DNA of 64,000 nt from Clostridiales bacterium (GTDB taxonomy: Bacteria; Bacillota; Clostridia; Oscillospirales; Ruminococcaceae): positions 28 to 64,027 of the forward strand of contig JAAYPV010000101.1 of the NCBI GenBank assembly GCA_012519635.1, given 5' to 3'. The stretch's first letter is position 1. Every line of letters starts with the position of its first letter. Below the pieces are notes generated by a model. It was not told where the DNA came from, did not search any database, and saw nothing but the letters and a program-made list of their open reading frames with translations. The position numbers and the translations under genes are program-made. Of the stretch, positions 8,728 through 20,794 are shown piece by piece.

Positions 8728-9954
8728 ATGATTAAAATATTAATAGCAATTTTGGTTTTTGGATTAATTATTGCTGTACATGAATTAGGTCATTTTATTG
8801 TTGCAAAGCTAAATGATATAAAGGTAAACAAGTTTGCAATAGGCATGGGACCAGTAATTATTAAATTTAAAAAAGGTGAAACTGAATATTCGTTAAGGCT
8901 ACTTCCATTTGGTGGGTTTTGTGAAATGGAAGGTGCAGATGAGACCAGCAGTAACGAACGCGCGTTTAACAATAAGCCAGTAATTAATAGAATGGCAGTA
9001 ATAGCTGCTGGAGCAATAATGAACCTTATGCTTGGGTTTGTGCTGATTTTTGCTTCTTTACTTATTTCAAATGACAAGATAACTACAACAGTTGTTACAA
9101 AGTTTGATAGGAATGCGTCCAGTGTTGAAGGTGGCTTGCAGGTTGGTGATAAAATTACTAAAATCAATGGAATGACAGTTTTTACTGATATGGATTTAGC
9201 ATATAAAATTACGACAACAAAGGACTATACCTTTGATTTAGAAGTAAGAAGGAATGGTAAAAAGGTTGTTCTTGATGATGTAAAAATTTACAGTTACTAT
9301 TATATTAGAAATGTGGATAGAAGTAAGGCAGATGATTTTTCACCTTATTATACCTATAATGAAAATACAAAAGAATTTACAGAACTTCGCGATATAACAG
9401 GGCTAGAAAGAGCATATTATTATGATTCAAATGTTAATGATTATGTGTATACTATATTTTTTGAAAATAGGGACAATGTGAATACAGATTTGCAGAAGGG
9501 CGAAAGATATATAGATTTTTCTGTTGATTATCAGGAAAAAAGTTTTGGCTCAATATTAAGCTATTCATGCCGAAAGACATTGACTGTCGGTCAGATGATA
9601 TGGTATTCGCTAATTGATTTGATTTCAGGTAAATATGGAATGAAGGATATTTCAGGTCCTATAGGAATTGTGACTGCAATAGGAAGCTCAATTGATTACG
9701 AAGCACATTTTAGGGATAATTTGCTTATGGTAATGAATATTGCAATATTTATTACGATAAATTTAGGTGTTTTCAATTTAATTCCGCTTCCAGCGCTAGA
9801 TGGAGGACGATTATTTTTCTTAATTATAGAAGCAATACGCAGAAAGCCAATTGACCCTGAAAAAGAAGGTATGGTTCATTTTGTTGGACTGGTAATTGCG
9901 ATTCTGCTTATGTTGGTATTCACATTTAATGATATACTAAATATTATAAGATGA
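8728..9954 (+). CDS. rseP: RIP metalloprotease RseP/RasP (M50 site-2 protease with PDZ)
   Basis: HELGHF zinc motif in TM1, PDZ-like GLQVGDKITKINGM, C-terminal NLIPLPALDGG motif. Confidence 0.92.
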   Translation: MIKILIAILVFGLIIAVHELGHFIVAKLNDIKVNKFAIGMGPVIIKFKKGETEYSLRLLPFGGFCEMEGADETSSNERAFNNKPVINRMAVIAAGAIMNLMLGFVLIFASLLISNDKITTTVVTKFDRNASSVEGGLQVGDKITKINGMTVFTDMDLAYKITTTKDYTFDLEVRRNGKKVVLDDVKIYSYYYIRNVDRSKADDFSPYYTYNENTKEFTELRDITGLERAYYYDSNVNDYVYTIFFENRDNVNTDLQKGERYIDFSVDYQEKSFGSILSYSCRKTLTVGQMIWYSLIDLISGKYGMKDISGPIGIVTAIGSSIDYEAHFRDNLLMVMNIAIFITINLGVFNLIPLPALDGGRLFFLIIEAIRRKPIDPEKEGMVHFVGLVIAILLMLVFTFNDILNIIR

Positions 9955-9964
9955 GGAAATTATC

Positions 9965-11002
9965 ATGAGGGAACTTAAGCCCGTTAAGGTTGGAAATTTG
10001 ATACTCGATGGCCATAAAATATATATTCAATCAATGCTAAGCACTCGTTCGGACGATATTGATGGAAGTGTAAGGCAGGCATTGGAACTGGAGGCAGCTG
10101 GTTGCGATATAATCAGAGCAGCTATTCCCGATATGAAATCAATTAAGCTTATAGAAGCGATTAAATCCCAAGTGAATATTCCTTTAGTTGCGGATATACA
10201 CTTTGATTACAGACTAGCACTGGAGGCTGTTAGTGCTGGTATCGATAAAATAAGAATTAATCCGGGGAATATAGGAGATATGGATAGGGTAAGGCAGGTA
10301 GCCAATGCCTGCACTAATAGGGGAGTACCAATAAGGATTGGAGTGAATTCTGGTTCACTTGAAAAAGGGATTTTAGCTAAATATGGTTCACCGACTTATG
10401 AGGCTTTGATAGAGAGTGCATTAAAACATGTGGAGCTGCTAAACAGGTTTGACTTTGATGATATAGTGATTTCGATAAAGTCATCAAATGTAAAAACAAT
10501 GATTTCAGCTTACAGATATGCTGCAGAAAGGTGTAGCTATCCTCTGCATTTGGGAGTAACAGAGGCTGGTACTGAGAGAATGGGTATAATAAAGTCAGCG
10601 ATTGGTATAGGTGCACTGCTTGCTGATGGAATTGGAGAGACAATAAGAGTATCGCTTACTGCTAATCCCGTTAGGGAGGTATATGCAGCGCAGGATATTT
10701 TAAAGGCTTTAGGATTATATAAAGGGGTAGAAATTATTTCATGTCCGACCTGTGGAAGGACAAGAATTAATTTGGAAGAGCTTGCAAACAAGGTAGAAAG
10801 TGCAGTTAAAGGGCTTGACAAGGATATTAAAATTGCAGTTATGGGCTGTGTTGTGAATGGACCGGGAGAGGCACGAGAGGCTGATATTGGAATAGCTGGA
10901 GGAGATGGCTGTGCTATTCTTTTTAAAAAAGGCGAGGTATTGCGTAAAATAAAAGAGGAAGAAATTATAGATGAGCTTCTGAAGGAAATAGAAAAGCTGT
11001 AA
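9965..11002 (+). CDS. ispG: 4-hydroxy-3-methylbut-2-en-1-yl diphosphate synthase
   Basis: IQSMLSTRS, RINPGNIG, and Fe-S ligands CPTCGRT...GCVVNGPGE. Confidence 0.95.
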   Translation: MRELKPVKVGNLILDGHKIYIQSMLSTRSDDIDGSVRQALELEAAGCDIIRAAIPDMKSIKLIEAIKSQVNIPLVADIHFDYRLALEAVSAGIDKIRINPGNIGDMDRVRQVANACTNRGVPIRIGVNSGSLEKGILAKYGSPTYEALIESALKHVELLNRFDFDDIVISIKSSNVKTMISAYRYAAERCSYPLHLGVTEAGTERMGIIKSAIGIGALLADGIGETIRVSLTANPVREVYAAQDILKALGLYKGVEIISCPTCGRTRINLEELANKVESAVKGLDKDIKIAVMGCVVNGPGEAREADIGIAGGDGCAILFKKGEVLRKIKEEEIIDELLKEIEKL

Positions 11003-11017
11003 GGGTGAAATAATAAA

Positions 11018-14000
11018 ATGGAAGTTAATATAACGGAATTTTTAAAGGAGTACGGAGTTGTAATACCTGAAAACATTAAGGATGGTATTATTTATAGGCT
11101 TACATATTCAGAAAACCTTACAAGAATAAATTTTTTTGTAAGGTTTAATAAATTTATTCCGTTTAATAGCATAATAGAATTTGAGAGAAACGCAGCGATA
11201 GCACTTAACATTGATAGAATAAGACTGAATTGCAAATATCCATCAGAGCTATTTACAATAGATTGCTATAATGAACTAGTTGAGATGATGAAAAGGAAGC
11301 TTGCAATTGTAAATGGTTTTTTACATAATTCTACTGCAAAGCTGGAAAATAAAACCTTAACGATAGATTTAAAAAATGGTGGATATGAGTTATTGGTTAA
11401 ATCAAACTTTTGCGGCGTATTTTCAAAGCTGATAGAGGATTTGTTTGATGTTAAAGTAAAGGTTGAGTTAACAGGTAATTTTACAGTAAATGATGAAGAG
11501 CATGAAAAACTAAGGGAAGAAGTAATGGTGTCCATGCCGAAGCATACCGAACAGCTTCCACGACAAAATTCTGAAAAATCTGGTGAAAGTGTTGATACGA
11601 TAGATATTAGCTTGCTAGAATTACCTGTTGAACAGAGTGCTGTACTTATAATGGGTAAGGCTATAAAGGACAAGCCAATTGAAATTTCCCAAGCAATAAA
11701 TAAACAGGGTAATAAGGTTACTGTATTTGGGGATATCTTTGATAGCACAAGCAAGGTAGTCAAAGATGGTAAAATGATTATCCATACATATTTGGTTACG
11801 GATTATACTGGTTCAGTACTGGTTAAAATATTTGAAAAAGTGGATAAGTCAAAATCAGGACATTTGGATAAGATTAAAAAGGGCTGCTCAATATTAGTGA
11901 GTGGAAGACTTGAATATGATAATTTTGCTAGGGATATGTCGATAACAGCTGATTCTGTGCTTATGGTAAAGAAATTAAAGAGAATGGACAATGCTGAGAA
12001 GAAGCGTGTGGAATTGCATCTGCATACCAATATGTCGTCAATGGACGCAGTAAATTCCCCAGCAGATTTGATAAGGAGAGCATATGAATGGGGTCATAAG
12101 GCTGTTGCAATTACTGATCATGGCGTTGTGCAAGCATTTCCTGAGGCTATGAATACTGTTGAGAGGATAAATGACGAAAATTTTAAGGTTATTTACGGCT
12201 GTGAGGCGTATGTTGTTAATGATATAAAACCTACGAAAATAATTACAATTGATGATAAAAGAAGTGTTAATGATGAAATAATAGTATTTGATGTGGAGAC
12301 AACAGGGTTAAATTCACAAAATGATAGGCTTACGGAAATTGGAGCTGTTAAGCTCCGAAATATGCAGATTATTGACTCATTTAACACAATGGTTAATCCT
12401 GAAAGGAATATTTCAGCATTTATTACCAATTTAACAGGAATAACCGATTCAATGGTTGCGAACGCACCTAAGGAGAAAGAGGCTCTAGAAAAGTTTATGG
12501 ACTTTTGTGGAGATAATCCTGTTTTAGTTGCACATAATGCAAGATTTGATACATCTTTTTTAAATGCAGTTTGCGACAGGCATAATATAAAATTTGAGTA
12601 TACAACTATTGATAGCCTTGTTTTGTGTCAGGCAATGCTTCCAGAGCTTGCAAAGCATAAGTTGGATATAGTTGCAAAGCATTTAAAGCTAGGAAAATTT
12701 GAGCACCATAGGGCATCTGATGATGCAAAAATGCTTGCAAAAATATATATAGAGCTAATAAACAGGCTTATAAAGAACAATGACATTAAAACATTGGGTG
12801 AGCTGAACTATAAGATTAATAAGGTTGATGTAAGGAAGCTGAAATCCTATCATCATATAATCTTGGTGAAAAATCAGATTGGATTGAAAAATTTATATAG
12901 ACTTGTTTCAGAGGCGCATATAAATTATTTTTACAGAAAGCCACTTATTCCTAAATCTTTGCTCTTAAAGTATAGGGAAGGCTTGATTTTTGGTAGTGCC
13001 TGTGAATCAGGTGAATTATTCAGTGCATTGGTTGAAAAAAAGCCTCATAAAGAAATTGTGGATATTGCAAAGTTTTATGATTATCTTGAAATTCAGCCAA
13101 TCATGAATAATGAGTTTATGATAAGAAATGGACAGGTTTCAGGCGAAAAGGATTTAATGGAGCTTAACAGGCAGATTGTAAAGCTTGGGGAGGAACTGAA
13201 TATACCTGTTGTAGCAACCTGTGATATTCACTTTTTAGATAAAAAGGACGAGATATTCAGACGAATTTTAATGCATGGTAATGGCTTTAAGGACGCAGAT
13301 AATCAACCACCATTATATTTTAGAACGACTGAGGAAATGCTTGAGGAATTTTCTTATTTAGGTGAAGAAAAGGCATATGAAGTTGTTGTAGAGAATACAA
13401 ATGCAATTGCTGACATTATTGAGGTTGTAAGACCAATACCTAGAGGAACATTTACACCTAAGATCGAAGGCTCAGATGAGGAGTTGAAGCGTATAACCTA
13501 TGAAAGAGCAAGGAAAATATATGGTGACCCGCTTCCAGAAATAGTTCAAAAAAGGCTGGATAGAGAGTTAAGCTCTATTATAAAGCATGGATTCGCTGTA
13601 CTTTATATTATTGCTCAGAAATTAGTTGCAAACTCTGAGGAGAACGGATATTTAGTTGGCTCAAGGGGTTCGGTAGGCTCGTCCTTTGTTGCCTCAATGG
13701 CGGGAATTTCTGAGGTAAACCCACTTGTACCACATTATGTTTGCGGAAAGTGCCAGCATAGTGAGTTTATAACAGATGGTTCTGTTGGTTCTGGCTTTGA
13801 CTTGCCACCTAAAAATTGTCCTAATTGCAATATTGAAATGATTCGTGATGGTCATGACATACCGTTTGAAACATTCTTAGGTTTTGATGGCGATAAGGCT
13901 CCTGATATTGATTTGAACTTTTCGAGTGAATATCAATCGAGAGCACATAGATATACAGAGGAGTTATTCGGAAGGGATAATGTATTTAAGGCGGGAACAA

Positions 14001-15331
14001 TCAGTACAGTTGCTGAAAGGACAGCATTTGGATTTGTAAAGCATTATCTAGAGGAGAAAGGTGTTGAAGTTAATCCTGCGGAAATAAACCGTCTGACAAT
14101 GGGCTGTACAGGTGTCAAGAGAACGACAGGACAACATCCAGGAGGAATGGTTGTTGTTCCATCTGACTATGATGTATATGATTTTACGCCTATACAGCGT
14201 CCTGCTGATTCAGCGGATTCAGATGTAATAACTACACATTTTGATTTCCATTCCTTGCATGATACTATATTAAAGCTTGATGAGTTGGGACATGTCGTGC
14301 CTACTCTATATAAGCATTTAGAGGATTTGACAGGAATTAAAATAAAGGATGTACCTACAACTGACCCAAAGGTTATAGAAATGATAACATCAGCAGAGGT
14401 TTTAGGTGTAACTCCTGAGGAGATATACTGTCCGACAGGAAGTTTAGGTATTCCAGAAATGGGGACAGGCTTTACCATTCAGATGCTGGTAGATGCACAA
14501 CCTAAAAAGTTTAGCGATTTACTGCAGATTTCAGGCTTATCACATGGAACAGATGTTTGGATAGGGAATGCACAGGAATTAATAAAAAATAAAGTTTGTA
14601 CAATTAGTGAAGTTATAGGAACTCGTGACAGTATTATGACTTATCTGATATATAGAGGAGTTGAGCCAAAGCTTGCATTTCAGATAATGGAATTTACTAG
14701 AAAGGGTTTAGCTCCACAAAAATTTACACCTGAAATAATCCAGACTCTAAAGGACAATAATGTTCCAGAGTGGTATATAAATAGCTGTTTAAAAATAAAG
14801 TATATGTTTCCTAAGGCTCATGCTGCTGCATATGTAATTGCTGCTATAAAGTTAGCGTGGTTTAAGTTATATAAGCCTTTGGAATTCTATGCCACATACT
14901 TTACAGTAAGGGGTACTGACTTTGACGCAGAATCTGCTGTTAAGGGCAAGGTTGAGGTAAGAAATAAGATAGAAGAGTTAAGGCAAAAGGGAAATGAAAG
15001 GACTGCAAAAGAAAATGCAACATATGATATGCTGTTGTTGATAAATGAAGTTTTGTCAAGAGGATTTTTATTTTTGCCAGTTGATTTATATAAATCACAT
15101 GCCTATAAATTTCAGATTGAGGATGGTAAAATCAGGTTACCGTTTAGTTCGATTGCTGGAGTAGGCGAGAACGCAGCAAAGAGTCTGTATGAAACTGCTC
15201 AAGAGGGTGATTTTATTTCAATAGAGGAATTCCAAAGTAAATCTGGAGTATCAAAAACAATAATTGAAACGCTTGAAAGCATGGGGGCATTGGGTAATTT
15301 GCCTAAAACAAGTCAGATGACATTATTTTAA
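11018..15331 (+). CDS. polC: DNA polymerase III PolC-type alpha subunit
   Basis: 1437 aa. PHP motif [14 protein letters not shown], inserted DEDDh proofreading exonuclease (VFDVETTGL ... HRASDDA), Zn-finger CGKCQH...CPNC. Confidence 0.97.
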   Translation: MEVNITEFLKEYGVVIPENIKDGIIYRLTYSENLTRINFFVRFNKFIPFNSIIEFERNAAIALNIDRIRLNCKYPSELFTIDCYNELVEMMKRKLAIVNGFLHNSTAKLENKTLTIDLKNGGYELLVKSNFCGVFSKLIEDLFDVKVKVELTGNFTVNDEEHEKLREEVMVSMPKHTEQLPRQNSEKSGESVDTIDISLLELPVEQSAVLIMGKAIKDKPIEISQAINKQGNKVTVFGDIFDSTSKVVKDGKMIIHTYLVTDYTGSVLVKIFEKVDKSKSGHLDKIKKGCSILVSGRLEYDNFARDMSITADSVLMVKKLKRMDNAEKKRVELHLHTNMSSMDAVNSPADLIRRAYEWGHKAVAITDHGVVQAFPEAMNTVERINDENFKVIYGCEAYVVNDIKPTKIITIDDKRSVNDEIIVFDVETTGLNSQNDRLTEIGAVKLRNMQIIDSFNTMVNPERNISAFITNLTGITDSMVANAPKEKEALEKFMDFCGDNPVLVAHNARFDTSFLNAVCDRHNIKFEYTTIDSLVLCQAMLPELAKHKLDIVAKHLKLGKFEHHRASDDAKMLAKIYIELINRLIKNNDIKTLGELNYKINKVDVRKLKSYHHIILVKNQIGLKNLYRLVSEAHINYFYRKPLIPKSLLLKYREGLIFGSACESGELFSALVEKKPHKEIVDIAKFYDYLEIQPIMNNEFMIRNGQVSGEKDLMELNRQIVKLGEELNIPVVATCDIHFLDKKDEIFRRILMHGNGFKDADNQPPLYFRTTEEMLEEFSYLGEEKAYEVVVENTNAIADIIEVVRPIPRGTFTPKIEGSDEELKRITYERARKIYGDPLPEIVQKRLDRELSSIIKHGFAVLYIIAQKLVANSEENGYLVGSRGSVGSSFVASMAGISEVNPLVPHYVCGKCQHSEFITDGSVGSGFDLPPKNCPNCNIEMIRDGHDIPFETFLGFDGDKAPDIDLNFSSEYQSRAHRYTEELFGRDNVFKAGTISTVAERTAFGFVKHYLEEKGVEVNPAEINRLTMGCTGVKRTTGQHPGGMVVVPSDYDVYDFTPIQRPADSADSDVITTHFDFHSLHDTILKLDELGHVVPTLYKHLEDLTGIKIKDVPTTDPKVIEMITSAEVLGVTPEEIYCPTGSLGIPEMGTGFTIQMLVDAQPKKFSDLLQISGLSHGTDVWIGNAQELIKNKVCTISEVIGTRDSIMTYLIYRGVEPKLAFQIMEFTRKGLAPQKFTPEIIQTLKDNNVPEWYINSCLKIKYMFPKAHAAAYVIAAIKLAWFKLYKPLEFYATYFTVRGTDFDAESAVKGKVEVRNKIEELRQKGNERTAKENATYDMLLLINEVLSRGFLFLPVDLYKSHAYKFQIEDGKIRLPFSSIAGVGENAAKSLYETAQEGDFISIEEFQSKSGVSKTIIETLESMGALGNLPKTSQMTLF

Positions 15332-15332
15332 C

Positions 15333-15361
15333 TTGACTTTTTTAAGGCGTCATGATAATAT
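15333..15361 (+). promoter_or_regulatory. Candidate sigma-A promoter of the his operon
   Basis: TTGACT (15333-15338), 17 nt, TAATAT (15356-15361), starting 2 nt after the polC stop codon. Confidence 0.45.
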
Positions 15362-15412
15362 ATTATCATGTTAGCACACTAAAGTAAAATAAAGCTATGG
15401 AGGCAGAATTAA

Positions 15413-16612
15413 ATGAGAAATTATTACCTTATAACCCCTGAGGGTACAAAGGATTTGCTATTTGATGAATGTATAATAAGGCGTGAAATAGAGGGGAAAA
15501 TTCACAATATATTTAAGACAAGAGGGTATTGTGAGCTTATAACGCCTGGTTTGGAATATTATGATGTTTTTAATGTAAACTCAAGATATTTTCCACAGGA
15601 GAGTTTGTATAAGCTAATTGATAATAGGGGTAGACTATTGGTTTTGCGTCCTGATTCGACTATGCCGATAGCAAGGGTGGTTGCAACAAGGCTAAAGGAT
15701 GCGGCATTACCTTTAAGACTGTATTATAATCAATGTGTTTACACTATAAATCCATCACTTACAGGACGCAGTGACCAGATTGCACAGATGGGAATAGAGC
15801 TTATAGGCTCATCATCTAAAATGGCAGATTTAGAGGTAATATCAACTGCAATTGATGTGCTTTCAGCTTGTAGCGATGATAATTTCTCTTTAGAAATAGG
15901 CGATGTTGGATATTTTAAAGAGATGATGTGCTTACTTGATGTGGGTGATGATGTAAAGGAAAATATTCGTTACTTAATTGAGATGAAGAATTATCCTGCA
16001 TTAAATGACTTGATTGATAGCTTAGGAGATAATAGGGTAAATAGTGCGTTGAAACAGCTCCCAAGATTGTTTGGCGGGGAAGAAGTGTTTGAGAAAGCGT
16101 CTGAGCTGTTTTCAAATTCAAAAACGGATGAAATATTATCAAATTTGAAAAGGCTTTATAAAGATATTTCAAAGCTTAACTCTAAGGGCAGAATAACAGT
16201 TGATTTAGGAATGGTAAATAGGACTGATTATTATACAGGTGTAATTATTAAAGGATATTTAGCGGGATATGGTGAAGAGGTTCTGTCTGGTGGAAGGTAC
16301 GATAAGCTGATTTCTGAATTTGGGTATGATGTGCCTGCAACAGGATTTGCAGTGAATGTAAACGCTATTTCAGCTTTGATTGCAAAGGATAATAAAAAGA
16401 GAACAAAGCCATGCGATGTGATAGTATTTGCTGGAGCGGGATTTGAAATAAAAGCAATAAAACTTGCAAATAAAATGAGAGCGAAGGGCAAGGTTGTTGA
16501 AATGGCATTGTGTGACGATTTGAAATCTGTCAGGGAGTATGCTAAGGAGAAAAATATTTCTGAGATAGTAATAGTTGATGAGGATTATTCTGGGGGTGAA
16601 AAAAATGTCTAA
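15413..16612 (+). CDS. hisZ: ATP phosphoribosyltransferase regulatory subunit
   Basis: HisRS-like catalytic core (ELITPGLEYYDVF, LRPDSTMPIAR) without tRNA-synthetase function context. It precedes a short-form hisG. Confidence 0.9.
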   Translation: MRNYYLITPEGTKDLLFDECIIRREIEGKIHNIFKTRGYCELITPGLEYYDVFNVNSRYFPQESLYKLIDNRGRLLVLRPDSTMPIARVVATRLKDAALPLRLYYNQCVYTINPSLTGRSDQIAQMGIELIGSSSKMADLEVISTAIDVLSACSDDNFSLEIGDVGYFKEMMCLLDVGDDVKENIRYLIEMKNYPALNDLIDSLGDNRVNSALKQLPRLFGGEEVFEKASELFSNSKTDEILSNLKRLYKDISKLNSKGRITVDLGMVNRTDYYTGVIIKGYLAGYGEEVLSGGRYDKLISEFGYDVPATGFAVNVNAISALIAKDNKKRTKPCDVIVFAGAGFEIKAIKLANKMRAKGKVVEMALCDDLKSVREYAKEKNISEIVIVDEDYSGGEKNV

Positions 16613-17237
16613 GCCATTGAGGATAGCCTTGACTAAGGGTAGACTTGAAAAGGATACAGTAGGTTTATTAGAAAAAATGGGGTTTGATTGTACTGCTGTA
16701 AGAGAAAAGGGAAGAAAGCTCATTTTACAGATAAAGGACGCAAATTTAGAGGTGGTTTTGGCTAAAGCAGCGGATGTAATTACCTATGTTGAGCATGGTG
16801 TATGTGATTTAGGTGTTGTGGGCAAGGATACGATAATGGAGATGAATGGCAACTTCTATGAGGTTGTTGACTTGGGATTTGGTAAATGCAGATTTGCTCT
16901 AGCTGGAAAAAAGGGTGTTGATTTTTATGGTGGTTACGGAGTAAAAACAATTGCTACAAAGTATCCTAATGTTGCAAGAAGCTTTTTTGAGGGCAAGGGT
17001 ATGGATGTTGAAATAGTTAAAATAGAGGGCTCTGTTGAGCTTGCTCCATTACTTGACCTTGCAAATGGAATTGTAGATATTGTGGAAACAGGTAGTACAT
17101 TAAAAGAGAATGGTTTGGAAGTCAAGGAGGAAATAGCAAATATTTCAGCAAGATTAATAGTAAATATGGTTAGCCTGAAGCTCAGACAGAAGGAAATTGA
17201 AGATTTAATCAGGAGAATAGAGGAGAATTTGCAATGA
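16605..17237 (+). CDS. hisG: ATP phosphoribosyltransferase, short form
   Basis: MSKPLRIALTKGRL N-terminus, GGGGGTGA SD. It overlaps the hisZ stop by 8 nt. The ORF-track start at 16575 lies inside hisZ. Confidence 0.93.
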   Translation: MSKPLRIALTKGRLEKDTVGLLEKMGFDCTAVREKGRKLILQIKDANLEVVLAKAADVITYVEHGVCDLGVVGKDTIMEMNGNFYEVVDLGFGKCRFALAGKKGVDFYGGYGVKTIATKYPNVARSFFEGKGMDVEIVKIEGSVELAPLLDLANGIVDIVETGSTLKENGLEVKEEIANISARLIVNMVSLKLRQKEIEDLIRRIEENLQ

Positions 17238-18520
17238 TAAGAAAGATATATGCGAATGGCGTTAATGAAATAGAATTTCTCAACGAATTAGAGAAGAGAA
17301 GTGGTGAAACAGATAAAAGGGTTGCAGAGATTGTATCTGAAATAATAGACGATGTCAAAGCAAATGGTGATGATGCGGTTTCAAAATATACATTGAAATT
17401 TGATGGTAGCCTGCCAGAATATTATGAAGTGCCAAGAGAAGTTATAAATGACGCTTTGACTGAAGCTGACAGAGATTTTGTAAATGCGCTTTTAAATGCA
17501 GTGGAAAATATCACTGATTTTCACAATAGACAAAAGGAACAAGGGTTTATTAATCCAAAGGAAAATGGAGTTATATTAGGACAAAAAGTAAGAGGTCTTG
17601 AAAGAGTTGGCTTGTATGTTCCCGGGGGTACAGCAGCATATCCATCAAGTGTTCTTATGAATGCTATTCCTGCAAAGATTGCAGGTGTAAAGGAAATAAT
17701 AATGGTAACTCCTCCTTTAAAGGATGGAACACCGAATAAGGATATACTTGTTGCCGCTGCTTTATGTGGAGTTGATAGAATATTCTTAGCTGGTGGAGCA
17801 CAGGCAGTTGCAGCACTTGCATATGGAACTAAAGAAATTCCTAAGGTTGATAAAATCGTAGGGCCTGGAAATATTTATGTAGCAACTGCAAAGAAGCTTT
17901 TATATGGAATTGTGGATATTGATATGATAGCAGGTCCAAGTGAAATATTGGTTTTAGCTGATGATACAGCAAATCCGAAATTTGTTGCAGCAGACTTAAT
18001 GTCACAGGCAGAGCATGATATTTTGGCATCATCAATATTAATTACAACAAGTGAAAGAGTTGCTGATGAAACTATTATCGAGCTTGAAAAGCAAAGTAAA
18101 GAATTGTCTAGGAGGGATATAATAGAAAAATCACTTACAGGTTATGGTGCGATAATCATATGTGATAATACTGATTATGCAGTAGAGCTTACAAATAAAA
18201 TTGCACCTGAGCACTTGGAAGTATTTATGGAAAATCCAATGGAGTATTTAGGTTGTCTTGACAATGCAGGTTCGATATTCTTAGGGCAGTATACAACAGA
18301 ATCACTTGGAGATTATTATGCAGGTCCTAATCATGTTTTGCCAACAAGCGGAACAGCAAGATTTTTCTCACCACTTGGTGTAGCAAGCTTTGTAAAGCGT
18401 TCAAGCTTTATATATTACACAAAAGATGCGTTAGAGCAAGCAAAGGACGATGTGGTTTTAATAGCAGAAAGAGAAGGGCTTACTGCACACGCGAATGCAA
18501 TAAAAGTAAGGTTTGAATAG
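17234..18520 (+). CDS. hisD: Histidinol dehydrogenase
   Basis: GPGNIYVATAK, SQAEHD and GDYYAGPNHVLPT motifs. ATGA overlap with hisG. Confidence 0.95.
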   Translation: MIRKIYANGVNEIEFLNELEKRSGETDKRVAEIVSEIIDDVKANGDDAVSKYTLKFDGSLPEYYEVPREVINDALTEADRDFVNALLNAVENITDFHNRQKEQGFINPKENGVILGQKVRGLERVGLYVPGGTAAYPSSVLMNAIPAKIAGVKEIIMVTPPLKDGTPNKDILVAAALCGVDRIFLAGGAQAVAALAYGTKEIPKVDKIVGPGNIYVATAKKLLYGIVDIDMIAGPSEILVLADDTANPKFVAADLMSQAEHDILASSILITTSERVADETIIELEKQSKELSRRDIIEKSLTGYGAIIICDNTDYAVELTNKIAPEHLEVFMENPMEYLGCLDNAGSIFLGQYTTESLGDYYAGPNHVLPTSGTARFFSPLGVASFVKRSSFIYYTKDALEQAKDDVVLIAEREGLTAHANAIKVRFE

Positions 18521-18531
18521 GGGTACATGAG

Positions 18532-19602
18532 ATGGGTTATGAATTAAATAAAAAGCTGGCAGAATTAATACCCTATGAACCAATAAGTGGGGAATATAAA
18601 ATTAGGCTGGATGCAAATGAATCCTGTTATAATTTAAGTGATGAAATAACTGAAGAGATAGCTGATAGGATGAAGAGGCTCAGTTTTAACAGATATCCTG
18701 ACCCATATGCTAGTAATGCAGTGAAGGCTTTTGCAGAGTTTTATGGAATAGATGAGTCATTGGTGACTGCTGGGAATGGTTCAGATGAGCTTATAAGTGT
18801 TATTTCAAGCTGTTTTCTTGAAAAGGGTGATACAGCAGTAACACTTGCACCTGATTTTACGATGTATGCATTTTATGGTAGTCTGTATGAGCTGAATGTT
18901 GAATTTTTTGGGAAGAACGATGATTTAACAATTGATGTCGATGCTTTAATAGAATTTTGCAAAGCTAAAAAAGCAAAAGCATTGATTTTTTCAAATCCAT
19001 GTAATCCAACCTCATTGGGGATTAGTAAAAATGAGGTTCAAAGGATTATATCAAGTCTTGAGTGTCTGATAATTCTTGATGAGGCATATATGGATTTCTG
19101 GACAGAAAGTTTGATATCCGATATTCAGAAATACGATAATTGCATCATATTAAAAACTTGTTCAAAGGCGGTTGGTTTAGCTGCTGTTCGCTTAGGATTT
19201 GCGGTAGCAGGCAAAACCATTACAACAGCTTTAAAAGCTGCAAAATCACCCTATAATACAGATTCAATTTCGCAAATGATAGGTGAAGTTATTTTTAGTC
19301 ATAAGGATTATCTAGATAATAGGATTGCAGAGATTATAAATAACACACAAGGCCTATATAAAGAGATAATTGATTTACAGGAAGAATTCTCATTGTTCGA
19401 AAAAGTCTATGAAACAAAAACTAATTTCGTATTTATAAAAACCTCCTATGAGGATAGAATTTTTGATAAATTGCTGAAAAACTCAATAGCAATAAGAAAA
19501 TTTAAAGGATTTTTACGAATTACTTCAGGTACTGCTGATGAGAACAGGGAGCTTATATCTGTATTGAGAAATATACTTGCTGATATTAAGACTGGAGGAT
19601 AA
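18532..19602 (+). CDS. hisC: Histidinol-phosphate aminotransferase
   Basis: Class-II aminotransferase with PLP-lysine context (KTCSKAVGLAAVRLGF), located in the his operon. Confidence 0.92.
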   Translation: MGYELNKKLAELIPYEPISGEYKIRLDANESCYNLSDEITEEIADRMKRLSFNRYPDPYASNAVKAFAEFYGIDESLVTAGNGSDELISVISSCFLEKGDTAVTLAPDFTMYAFYGSLYELNVEFFGKNDDLTIDVDALIEFCKAKKAKALIFSNPCNPTSLGISKNEVQRIISSLECLIILDEAYMDFWTESLISDIQKYDNCIILKTCSKAVGLAAVRLGFAVAGKTITTALKAAKSPYNTDSISQMIGEVIFSHKDYLDNRIAEIINNTQGLYKEIIDLQEEFSLFEKVYETKTNFVFIKTSYEDRIFDKLLKNSIAIRKFKGFLRITSGTADENRELISVLRNILADIKTGG

Positions 19603-19603
19603 T

Positions 19604-20188
19604 ATGGACCGTGTAGCAACAGTTGAAAGAAATACAAAGGAAACACAAATAAAGGTATCCATTTCAATGGATACAAATGAAGGATATAGCATTGATACTG
19701 GCATAGGTTTTTTTGACCATATGTTGACTGCTTTATCAGCTCACAGCGGGATAAGTATGAATATCAAGGTTACAGGTGATTTATATGTTGACGGACATCA
19801 CACAGTTGAGGATACGGGCATAGCACTTGGACAGGCTATTGCAAAGGCATTGGGAGATAAATCAGGAATTGCACGATATGGAAGTGCCTATATTCCAATG
19901 GATGAGGCTTTAGGTTTTTGTTCATTGGATATTAGCAATCGTTCGTTTTTGGTTTTCAACGGCGAATTTCAAAATGAAAAAATCGGAGAATATGACACTT
20001 GCTTGACAGAAGAATTTTTTAGGGCATTTGCATATAATGCTGGAATTACAATGCACTTAAATATAGTTTATGGTACTAATGACCACCACAAATGTGAGGC
20101 TTTATTTAAAGCAGCTGCACATGCATTAAAGCAGGCGATAAAACCAACAAAAGCTGGAGAAACACTCTCAACCAAAGGGGTTTTATAG
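19604..20188 (+). CDS. hisB: Imidazoleglycerol-phosphate dehydratase
   Basis: RNTKETQI, GFFDHML and DGHHTVED motifs. ATG 19604 after GGAGGA; the ORF-track extension overlaps hisC. Confidence 0.95.
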   Translation: MDRVATVERNTKETQIKVSISMDTNEGYSIDTGIGFFDHMLTALSAHSGISMNIKVTGDLYVDGHHTVEDTGIALGQAIAKALGDKSGIARYGSAYIPMDEALGFCSLDISNRSFLVFNGEFQNEKIGEYDTCLTEEFFRAFAYNAGITMHLNIVYGTNDHHKCEALFKAAAHALKQAIKPTKAGETLSTKGVL

Positions 20189-20794
20189 ATGATAGCAATA
20201 ATTGATTACGGTGCTGGAAATATTTTTAGTGTAAAGAATGCACTTGACTATTTAGGCTTGGAAAGCAAGCTGACAAGTGATAAGCAAGAAATAAGAAACG
20301 CTGATGCATTAATTTTACCTGGTGTTGGAGCATTTCCTAGTGCAATGAAAATGCTGAATGACAGTGGCCTGACAGAAATAATAAAGACGGAAGCAGTTAA
20401 TAAACCGTTTTTAGGGATATGTTTAGGTATGCAGCTGATGTTTGAAAAGGGCTATGAAATTGAGGAATGTGCTGGCTTAGGTTTGATTAGTGGAAGTGTT
20501 GAAAGGATAGTTGAGCAGGATTTAAGTGTACCACATATGGGTTGGAATATGCTTGAGGTGCTTAACGATTGTGAGCTTTTAAATGGACTTGATGCTGAAA
20601 GCTATGTTTATTTTGTTCATTCATATAAAGCAGTATGTGATGATAAAAACATATCAGCCTTTTGTGAATATGGGAGTAGGATTCCAGCTTTGGCTTATGA
20701 TGGCAAGATGGCATATGGAGCGCAATTTCATCCTGAAAAAAGTGGTGATACGGGCTTAAGGATATTAAGGAATTTTGGAGGACTTATAAAATGA
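20189..20794 (+). CDS. hisH: Imidazole glycerol phosphate synthase, glutamine amidotransferase subunit
   Basis: GICLGMQLMF nucleophile-Cys elbow and FHPEKS motif. Confidence 0.95.
   Translation: MIAIIDYGAGNIFSVKNALDYLGLESKLTSDKQEIRNADALILPGVGAFPSAMKMLNDSGLTEIIKTEAVNKPFLGICLGMQLMFEKGYEIEECAGLGLISGSVERIVEQDLSVPHMGWNMLEVLNDCELLNGLDAESYVYFVHSYKAVCDDKNISAFCEYGSRIPALAYDGKMAYGAQFHPEKSGDTGLRILRNFGGLIK

Noticed and set aside
9290-9540. Tyr-rich segment in RseP (YSYYYIRNVDRSK...YYYDSNVNDYVYTIFF) as a possible novel insertion.
   Set aside because: The total length of 408 aa is within the normal range for RasP/RseP, which carry one or two PDZ-like modules. Without an alignment I cannot show it is an insertion.
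10537-11763. 179-aa (10537-11076) and 165-aa (11266-11763) minus-strand ORFs.
   Set aside because: They are antisense to ispG and polC, whose identities are unambiguous. They have Ser/Ile/Leu-rich shadow-frame composition.
15332-15412. Possible T-box or attenuator leader for the his operon.
   Set aside because: Only about 80 nt separate the polC stop from the hisZ start, and most of it is promoter plus SD. There is no specifier-loop or T-box sequence, no terminator/antiterminator hairpins and no His-codon leader peptide.
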